From assembly GCF_000760515.2 (NCBI RefSeq), contig NW_013546323.1, forward strand, positions 1 to 34,874: a DNA stretch of 34,874 bases. Direction: 5' to 3'. Below, one piece after another: positions 9,483-17,911 of the stretch. The translations under genes were made by a program, and so were the position numbers. This stretch comes from Mitosporidium daphniae (Eukaryota). Every line of letters begins with the position of its first letter. Positions within the stretch are counted from its first letter, which is position 1. Below the pieces are notes generated by a model, which had not been told where the DNA came from, searched no databases, and saw only the letters and a list, made by a program, of their open reading frames with translations.

Positions 9483-10844
9483 ATGAAACTCCGGTTTGCT
9501 GCGTTGACGACTGTGCTTGCTGCGGCTGTTACCATTGTCTTAGTATACACGCTAAAGGGGTATTTTGATAGCAGTTTTGATGAAGCTAGTGAGCTATCAA
9601 ATAATATTAAAGCCTCCTTTCTTCCTGATTCTCTTGCTCTATCGCGTTTAAAAACCAGCGGGAAACAAGATCTTAAAGATACTCTTTGTTTGGGGACTGC
9701 ATCCAGTAATTACAAAGAGCATCCTTCAAAGAAACCTTTTTTCATCATGGGGTCTGGAATAGCAATAGTTACTCTTTCTGCTTTACTGATCCATATTTTG
9801 CAATCAGATGAACCTGCTAACTCAGCTCAAGATCATAATTATATTTTAGCGTACGGATTCCTCATATTATTAGCTATACACTTTTTTACCCCGCTTCTCA
9901 ATATTTTGATATTTGGCCGAAAGAACTTGGTATTTGACCATAAGCTACTGGTTCGCATATATTTAGAGCGCTATTATGGGTTTATTGAGGCCATGAAAAA
10001 ACTCGAGCCTAGTAATCCCAATTCAAATCGTCCTAAAATTAACATACCGAACTTATTTGACGGGGTTAACGTTTTAGAGACGTATATAACTATTTTCCCC
10101 AACACCACGCAACTATTTCCGGACCCTTTATCATTTTCTGACACTGCATCACCAGAAACTTTGAAACTAATCAAAAATTTCCCACCAAACCTTGTCTACA
10201 ATATTCTTCAAGATTCTACATTCAAAAATCACTCGTTTCCTGAAAAATTTACAGGCTACAGACCCATCGGAGATGCCCAAAGCTATCAATTTTATTTCGT
10301 CATAATTTACGATGACCTGAAGTATTATCCGATTATAAATCTACACGTTAATGATATGGTCAATTCTTTTCTTTATAATTGCTCCCTTGATACACTTTTA
10401 AACCCTGAAGAGCGATTTATGCCCATCATAAATGGGACTAATACAGATATGTTGAAAGAAGCACAAAACTCTCTTAAAATTTTGCAATCGAGAACCTCAG
10501 AGGCGATTGCTTTGAGTCTTACTTTTCCAAAAAATACGACTGAAATTAAGAAGCTATATGACTCTGCTGAATTTGTCGCTGCCAGAAACTACTTGAAAAG
10601 GTTCTTGACTAAAGGTCCTATATCTTATAATATTCAACGTATATTATTTCGTAACCCTTTGCCCCAATATTATCCATACTCTCGTTTAGAGTTAAACCTA
10701 ATTGCTCCTGAAGAAGAATCTGTGATTAAGTATTATATGTCCTGGATTAATTCGACATTCGAGGAAATGGGTCAGGAATCTGCCGGGAATAAGTCTGGAA
10801 AGAGTCAGGAATCGGCGGGGAATAAATCCGGAAAAGGCCATTAA
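9483..10844 (+). CDS. Orphan membrane/secretory protein with three N-terminal hydrophobic segments; probably originally continued to 11319
   Basis: 453-aa intronless ORF; hydrophobic stretches FAALTTVLAAAVTIVLVY, FFIMGSGIAIVTLSALLIHIL and YILAYGFLILLAIHFFTPLLNILIF; ends in two QESAGNKSGK repeats. No family recognised. Confidence 0.7.
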   Translation: MKLRFAALTTVLAAAVTIVLVYTLKGYFDSSFDEASELSNNIKASFLPDSLALSRLKTSGKQDLKDTLCLGTASSNYKEHPSKKPFFIMGSGIAIVTLSALLIHILQSDEPANSAQDHNYILAYGFLILLAIHFFTPLLNILIFGRKNLVFDHKLLVRIYLERYYGFIEAMKKLEPSNPNSNRPKINIPNLFDGVNVLETYITIFPNTTQLFPDPLSFSDTASPETLKLIKNFPPNLVYNILQDSTFKNHSFPEKFTGYRPIGDAQSYQFYFVIIYDDLKYYPIINLHVNDMVNSFLYNCSLDTLLNPEERFMPIINGTNTDMLKEAQNSLKILQSRTSEAIALSLTFPKNTTEIKKLYDSAEFVAARNYLKRFLTKGPISYNIQRILFRNPLPQYYPYSRLELNLIAPEEESVIKYYMSWINSTFEEMGQESAGNKSGKSQESAGNKSGKGH

Positions 10845-11250
10845 TCTGCAACGACATGAGCCTGGAAATGACCAGGGATCTGCCATTAATCTGCAACGAC
10901 ATGAGCCTGGAAATGGCCAGGGATCTGCCATTAGTCTGCAACGACATGAGCCTGGAAATGGCCAGGGATCTGCCATTAGTCTGCAACGACATGAGCCTGG
11001 AAATGGCCAGGGATCTGCCATTAGTCTGCAACGAAATGAGCCTGGAAATGGCCAGGGATCTGCCATTAATCTGCAACGACATGAGCCTGGAAATGGCCAG
11101 GGATCTGCCATTAGTCTGCAACGAAATGAGCCTGGAAAAGGTCAGGAATCTGCGGGGAGTGAGTCTGCAAAGGGTCAGGAATCTGCAGGGAATAAGTCTG
11201 GAAAGAGCCAGGAATCTGCAGGGAGTGATTCCGGAAAGGGGCAGGAATCT
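10764..11250 (+). repeat. Composite minisatellite: 2 x 33 bp, then about 6.7 x 45 bp, then about 3.5 x 33 bp
   Basis: 45-bp unit ccatta(a/g)tctgcaacga(c/a)atgagcctggaaatg(g/a)ccagggatctg starts at 10838, 10883, 10928, 10973, 11018, 11063 and 11108 (partial). Flanking 33-bp units share the ggaaa..g(t/c)cagg(a/g)atctgc core. Confidence 0.95.
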
Positions 11251-11521
11251 GTCATTAATCTGCCACGAAAGGACCAGCCTATAGCCCGCCCCACAAAAGC
11301 TGGGGCTAATATCCAGTAAAAGCTAACCCTAGCCTAAACTTTAACCTCAGACCAAAACTAAAGCGTAATTAAGTGGTTTTAATGTGCAAATTTGTATGCT
11401 GTATTTAGAAAATCTAGGCCTTTCAGAGTACTTCCACGTAATTGTATTTGCACGCGGACTAGTAAATCTCTGGATATAGCCTTAAATTTTAAATTTATAC
11501 ATTGCACACTAATTGCCATCA

Positions 11522-12751
11522 ATGAGCGACAACGGAATTACAGGAGCATCTCCGCAAGGCCGCATAGTTAAGATATGCCTTACTGGAGGGCCATGTGGTG
11601 GAAAGACATCGATACAAGTGGCATTATGCGATATGTTTGAGAATCTCGGCTGGAAAGTATTCAGAGTGCCTGAAACTGCGACCATCTTGCTTGGTGCCGG
11701 TGTTTCTTGGTACGACCTTACCGGTGAAGAAGCAAAGCTTTTTCAGATGCATCTTTTAAAAGTGATGCTTAACATTGAGGATACATTCACTTCTGTAGCT
11801 AGTTCTATGATCAAGCGTGGGCTGAACGTGCTCATTCTCTGCGACAGAGGCACTATGGATCCAGGTGCGTATATCCCGCGTCCAGAGTGGATCTCCATTC
11901 TTTCCGAACTAAATATGGATGAGTTGCTCCTCAGGGACCAAAGATACGATCTTGTGCTTCATCTTATGACGTCTGCCATTGGGGCAGAAAAGTTTTACAC
12001 AATGGCGACCAATGAAGCGCGATACGAAAGCCTGGAAAATGCCCGTGATGTTGACAGAGCCCTCGCAAATGCCTGGGTTGGGCACCCGAACTATGCACTA
12101 ATTGACAACTCTACCGATTTCGAGACGAAAAAATTGCGTGCATTCGAAGCAATCCTAACACGCGTCGGGCTGTCGGATACTCGTTTTGGTAAAGGAATTG
12201 TCAAGAAAAAGTACCTTCTCATGCCATCTGCAGCAACATCCGTAGATAAGGGGTTGGCTATCAAAACACCTGCCTCTTATGCGTCCATAGACGAGGCGGT
12301 GGTCTTTCCAGCAGAAATTTCGTTCAGAGACTTTGATGTGCGCCACGACTATTTGATTTCTACGGACGACTCGACCACCAGAATAAGAAGACGCGGCTTC
12401 TCTTCTTCCTCTTCGTATTCGATCACTCAGCAAAAGACTGTAAACGGCGAGCGCGTAGAAGTGCGAAGGATTCTTTCTCCAAAAGAATACGAGCTATTTT
12501 TGTCGCAAACGGATCCTTCCCATTGTCCTATCATCAAAAAACGCAGATGTTTCCTGTGGAAGGAGCGTTACTATCAGATAGATCTCTTTGAATCACCAAA
12601 TCCAGGGCTATTGCTTTTGGAGGCTTATGTTGTTCCCTCTCCAAACTGCACAACGGATAGCGAAAAAAAGGACCTTCCGCCTTTCCTTAATGTTTCCAAA
12701 GACATCACGGGCGAAAAGGCCTATTCTATGTTCCATCTTTCGAGCATCTAG
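11522..12751 (+). CDS. TTD14-like protein: NadR/AAA_28-type P-loop NTPase fused to a CYTH-like domain
   Basis: KICLTGGPCGGKT Walker A, RVPETAT, LCDRGTMD and RYDLVLHL; C-terminal DYL...RIRRRG...RVEVRR...IIKKRRCFLWKERYYQIDLF...LLLEAY. Intronless. Confidence 0.8.
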   Translation: MSDNGITGASPQGRIVKICLTGGPCGGKTSIQVALCDMFENLGWKVFRVPETATILLGAGVSWYDLTGEEAKLFQMHLLKVMLNIEDTFTSVASSMIKRGLNVLILCDRGTMDPGAYIPRPEWISILSELNMDELLLRDQRYDLVLHLMTSAIGAEKFYTMATNEARYESLENARDVDRALANAWVGHPNYALIDNSTDFETKKLRAFEAILTRVGLSDTRFGKGIVKKKYLLMPSAATSVDKGLAIKTPASYASIDEAVVFPAEISFRDFDVRHDYLISTDDSTTRIRRRGFSSSSSYSITQQKTVNGERVEVRRILSPKEYELFLSQTDPSHCPIIKKRRCFLWKERYYQIDLFESPNPGLLLLEAYVVPSPNCTTDSEKKDLPPFLNVSKDITGEKAYSMFHLSSI

Positions 12752-13031
12752 TTTTTAAAATTCACTCGAAATTCAATATCCATCCTCAACCCTAAATTAA
12801 AGTTTGGTACAAAGTAAAAGTTCGTACACTTGGCCCTGTCGCAAGTCGCACATAGCAACACCAATGAGAGGCTTGTCAATAAAAAGTTTTGATTTTTTGC
12901 TTCCCACTGCCTTTGGTCTCTGCAGCGGTAGGAGATTTTATCACGACACTGCCTATACCCGTTTATTTACTGGATAACTATCCATCCTTTCGTTTCCCTG
13001 GCCCACGCCCAAAAAGGCCGCCCTGATTAGA

Positions 13032-13683
13032 ATGCAAGAATCCACTGAAACCCGTTTCCCTACCGCTACCACCTCTCCATCTCCTTTGCTAAAGGGCTCG
13101 CAGCTTTCACCACAGCTTCGGTTGGTTAATCCGCCTTGCCTGATCGTTTATCGTGAGATGCGCTTTCTTCTGATGGATGCCCCTTCAGAGCTGACCGTGC
13201 CCCTTTACATCAAGGAGATGCATCGACACAATGTCACCGATCTTGTACGGGTATGTGAGCCGACATATAGCCGACCCACGGTCGAAGCATCTGGGATCAG
13301 AATGCATGTAAGGGCATTCATTTTTAACCCTCGTTTAGGATTGGATCTTTCCAGATGGTGCTGCGCCGCCAGGGGCTATCGTTCACCAATGGCTTGCCTT
13401 GTTGAAACGCACCTTTTCCTTGCACGCAGCCGACTCTTTAGAAGAGTATGATGAGGATACGACCAGATCTACCGTTGCTGTCCACTGTATTGCAGGTTTA
13501 GGACGCGCTCCTGTCCTGATTGCCATTGCACTCATTGAACACGGGATGGATCCTTTTGATGCTGTGCTTTTCATCCGCAGAAAGCGGCGGGGTGCTATTA
13601 ATCAGATGCAATTGAAGTTCTTGGAGACATACTACCACAGGCACAAGCGTGCAAAGACTGCTCCTCGGTGCAGCCTCATATGA
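13032..13683 (+). CDS. PTP4A: PRL-type (PTP4A) prenylated protein tyrosine phosphatase
   Basis: RFLLMDAP...LVRVCEPTY, 31-nt intron 13308-13338, [22 protein letters not shown] active site, [10 protein letters not shown] and C-terminal CaaX CSLI*. Confidence 0.93.
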
Positions 13684-13785
13684 TCGCATAAACTTTATTT
13701 TTCAATTTGCGGTTTGATTGCTCTTGAGAAAGAGCCAGAGTAGTTTTTTACAAATAGCTTGAGAAATTTCTCGCCTTGATAACCG

Positions 13786-15518
13786 TTAAAGACTGGCACG
13801 TCCGTATGTTCCGAGCGCTGCCAATTTGCGCTTGAGGTCTCGCAGCGCTTTGCTGCGGGGTCGCCAACATGCATAGGCTAACACCATGGCATCGATTTCT
13901 TGTCTAATAATCGGGACGGCAAGCAACTTTGAATCTGTTACTAGTGCGTGCATCATCCACGGCACATGGTAATGATTCGGCTCTTCAGGAACCTCGAAGG
14001 GCACATACCTTGGAGCCTCCATTTTTGAACAAAGTGAATGCCCAATGATCTGGGCGGCGCTTTCATAAACCAATGGATCCGCATAAATGGAGGAATGACC
14101 ATTATCTCCATTGACGATAGACCCTGCGATCCATTCTGAAAGATAGACTAGCAAGCCATGGTCTGAGAATCCAGCATTCTTGATGGAAAGACAGAGTGTA
14201 AGCAATAATGGCAGGAACGAATCCCGTTCCTGGATCTCTTTTACATGATCGTGGCCATGCGACTGAGTAGAATGGTGATGGGCCACACCACTGCCCTCAA
14301 TGTAAAGTAGCCGAGTGATGTTCGGATGAAAGAGACCATACAGCGTAGAGGAGTATAGTGGGACCAGTTGGTCCATCCACGACCCCACTGCAATCACCCT
14401 TACACCCGCGTGCAGCAAACGGAGCAGTGCAGCTCGTAGACGCGCGGCCATTTCGGTAGCGGGAGACTTGGACACAATTTTGGGCACCTGGCTATCATCG
14501 GAACCGGTCACTGACGGAACCATAAATGGCGCATGCAGTTCGAAGAGCTCACGAGAACTTTCTGTTTCCATGTACTGTATGAGGATATTCTTCCCTATAC
14601 TCGTTTAGGCAATAAAGTTGATACCAAGCTGTGGAAAAGGTCCATGGAATATACCAGCCATCGCGACAAGCGTGATATTTTGTACCCCTGTCAAAGCACC
14701 CTCTGCATGCAGGCGTTCGAGAAGCAACGTTCCTACGGGGACGCCTTGCGAGTGTGCCACGACGATCAAGTCAGTAGACCTTTCGAGCGCTTCTTTTAGC
14801 GCGCTGTTTTGGACAAAGGCTTCCACGCGCTCCATGATGCGACCATGTCCATTAAGTGGGACCTTGATGAGAACGAAAGTGATATTCATACTTCGATGAC
14901 GATATGCTCATCCACACCTGTGTGACTTGATGTTTTTGTCATGTTATTGGTGATATGGCCTCTTCGCAGAGCTGCAGCCATTTGCGTAGTATAGAGCTCG
15001 GAAGAACACGGCATTCCAATAAGATTCTGCAGAATCTTTTGCGTAACCGCCCATCCATGGATGCCAACAATTGCGGTAACTCTTGCACCATTTAAAGGCT
15101 TAACGGTATCAACATGTCCGAGTTTTCGAGACGCTTTCTGCCTCATAATGTGGCGGATCCAATCTCTGTCCATCAGACGGCGAATCCATTGGGAGCCCCA
15201 TGCTGGAGGAGGGGGAGGAGGCTTCGATATTGATGCATACGCCAAAATTGACTCGAAGGTTGGAAGAACCCTACTGCTGCATGGAAATACTTTTGCCACT
15301 GGAAGGGCCATGCTATCTTCTGCTTTTTTGAAGCCGACTCCATCTCCTTTTGGCAAAGTCAAGACGTCCTCCGTGGGTGGGGTGTCTATTTTTTTCATGA
15401 TTTTGACCGATAAAGTAACGGCATCCTCTCCCTTTTCAGATTTAAGAAGGGCCCTAAGGCGCCCGCCCAGGCGGCGGAGGGCAGCTTCAGGTGGTCCCAT
15501 GGAGACCCACTGTGCCAT
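13786..15518 (-). CDS. YML020W-like uncharacterised alpha/beta-hydrolase-like protein (3 exons)
   Basis: Three consecutive minus ORFs joined by short introns: IVGIHGW, VVAHSQGVPV (HSQG nucleophile elbow), MAGIFHGP, ELFE, GSWMDQLVPLYSS, DHGLL and GHSSIY. Confidence 0.75.
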
Positions 15519-15922
15519 TAGCTAACTTTACAATCGAATTTCTACAATTTAATCTGGCCGTTCTAATGAGACACTAACCCTAGAATTTTGAATGTTTGCC
15601 ACCAAAATCCTGTGCAGAGTTTGTCATAAAATAAGTGTCTAACTGCCAATTCCACAAAGACTTACCTTGATTGTAGTTCTCAAGTAAATAGCTCCATCAA
15701 AGTGCATTTGAATCTTATCTTCTGATACTGCCTCTTGCAAAACTCGTATTGTCCTACGATTATCCAAGATGCCATGTGGTATGTGCGCATATATGTGTCT
15801 CTTTAAAAGCCATGGAATAGTTCCTGGTGTTTATCTTTATGTGGCAACTTTAAGTAGGATTTTGAGTTCTATATTAAATGGTGGGTTGAGATAAATCTTT
15901 GGAACAAACAATGACCAAGGCA

Positions 15923-17001
15923 CTAATAGTAAAATTTGATGAGCTCGTCGCTGACGCCAGATGGGGTGAGTACTCCGAGATCTGTAAAGAGCAAGGTTAT
16001 GTATGAAGGAGGGGTGTAATCGACTAACGGATAATCGTCGTGTGATGCAATAACCGAATTCCCGGTCACAAACCAGGGAGTCTTCTGTATGCCAGTGGAT
16101 GCCACGGGCTCAACAACATGCTTATCAACGTACCCATGGGTACCACCTTTTGTGATCTCCGAAGCAAGCAGTCGCGTAAGATCTTCCTGCCCCAGCGGAA
16201 ACAGTCGAACAAACTTGTACGATTCGGCCAGCGCATAAAACGGCTTATGTGCAGACTGTGCTAGCACGGCAATCTGGAAGCTTCCAACCTGGTTGACAAG
16301 GCCGCCATTCTCTACAACGCCCTCGGCACCAACCAACACCAGATCGACCTGGCTCATAAAGTAGCCCACGGCTGCGTCGAGAATCACTTGAGAAGGTATA
16401 TTTTTTGCCTGTAAATGGGCCTGCATTTCCCTTCTAAAAATAAGAACTTCCATGTAATGGCTTACCCATGGTTTCCTGGACGCGTTTCCGTCACAAAGAC
16501 AAAGAACCGACGGTCCTTGGAAGCCTCCTCCAGCAATTGAATGACGGCACGTGAATATGAATGAACCAGGATTTTGGAATTATCGGGAATGAATTGAAGC
16601 CCGTATGTGGATATTTTTTGGCGATGTGACGAGGAACTTTCCACGAAAGAATTGGCCCGCTGCACGAGCGACGTTTTAAACGCTTGGAAATCATCCTACA
16701 ATCAAAGGCAAGCGAGACTTACACCTGTGTCTTCCGAGGCCATCCGAGCTGCGAATCGAGAGAAAAGCTCGCACCCTGCGCGCACAGAGATCTTGCCCTT
16801 CAGGGCGCGCAAGAGCTCGCCTGTAAGTCGCTCCAGGGCAATGGTGAATTCAGCCATGGTGTTCTCCTCTAAACATAAAAGAATGGCAATACCAGATGAC
16901 TGGGAGATGTGTGTAATTAATGCCTTGATGATTGCCACTGGCGTTGCATAGTCTGGGAAGCTATGTAGGATTTCGTGGAAAGTTTCCACAATGCCAGGCA
17001 T
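15923..17001 (-). CDS. GCN3: Translation initiation factor eIF2B alpha subunit
   Basis: PVAIIKAL, SVRAGCELF, ILVHSYSRAV, VTETRP, VLVGAEGVVENGGLVNQVG, AESYKFVRLFPL and DYTPPSYITLLFTDLGVLTPSGVSDELIK; three short introns. Confidence 0.95.
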
Positions 17002-17029
17002 GGTGAAATTAAAAACGAAAATAAAAAAT

Positions 17030-17841
17030 TTATTTGCAGTGAAAAAGTGGACGGGTTGGCACTGCGTCAGCTCCGTCATAAATGGGCAGTACCTGGATTT
17101 GGAGCATGCCTCTAGTGCCGCTTGCAAAGGGCAGACTCTGGAGATGACACAGCTCCGTTATTGTTCTGTCCTGGCGCCCGGCCCAAAACGCCTCATGGCT
17201 CGCAAGGATTCCACCGTTGCATGCCCTATCCATAGAAGGGGCATCTGTCAGCAGACATTTTACACGTGGGAAAAGGGCCAGTATTTTTTTGATAGACTCC
17301 GCAGAGAAATATCTTTGCGGTTTGTCTTTGGGATAAGAACCATCTGGATACAGTGCAATGATGACTGCCTGTGCCGGGTCGCTCCCTGGCATATTTTCCT
17401 GGCTAGCAGGATTTGCATCACCATCATCATCACAATCATTATCACCAGCGGGTCCCGTATGTTCATCAAAGGGGATGTCGTCTGGTCCAAGTACAAGGTC
17501 GCCTTCGGGTCCAGCACTTGACGGCGTTAGCCTCAGAAATATCGCCGGGATCTTTTCCTTTGGGATAGCGGTGTCTATCCAATTGGTACGAGCCATGTAC
17601 TCCTCCGGATCTGGTAGGATGTGTGAAATCACCTCTGTGTGAGTTGTATGCAAATGTGGACTAAATGATATCAATTGACAATTCACAGAGGCGCCGGATT
17701 TTACGGAGCACAAAGGCGAAATTGAAAACAGCTCCAGGCTAGTTGGTTCAAGCTACGTTTAGAGAACAGCGTTACCTCTGCAAGATAACATTTTTGGGCC
17801 GCCAACTTTGAGATCCCATACGAAAGGTCAAATACCCTCAT
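17030..17841 (-). CDS. Cyclase-family metallohydrolase (kynurenine formamidase KynB-like)
   Basis: ATG 17841 MRVFDLS..., 23-nt intron 17775-17753, then GASVNC...SPHLHTTHTEVISHI (variant of HxGTHxD/E), DAPSMDRACNGGILASHEAFW, TITELC and DAVPTRP. Confidence 0.75.
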
Positions 17842-17911
17842 GCTCGCTCACAAATGTTAAATTGAATTTAATTTTTGAATTGGGATGTTGTCGATTTTAA
17901 TGTGCAATAAC

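Noticed and set aside
10838..11140. 45-bp array as a CRISPR array
   Set aside because: Units are contiguous with no unique spacers, there are no cas genes, and the context is eukaryotic; it is a coding-type minisatellite.
10698..11284. Track ORFs with MSLEMARDLPL, MADPWPFPGS and MSLQTNGRS repeats
   Set aside because: By-products of a 3n repeat; only the frame starting at 10837 reproduces the QESAG units of the upstream protein.
15660..15870. U1 snRNA (ACTTACCT)
   Set aside because: No U1-70K loop (GATCAxGAAG) or U1A loop (ATTGCAC); equally explained as an antisense splice donor.
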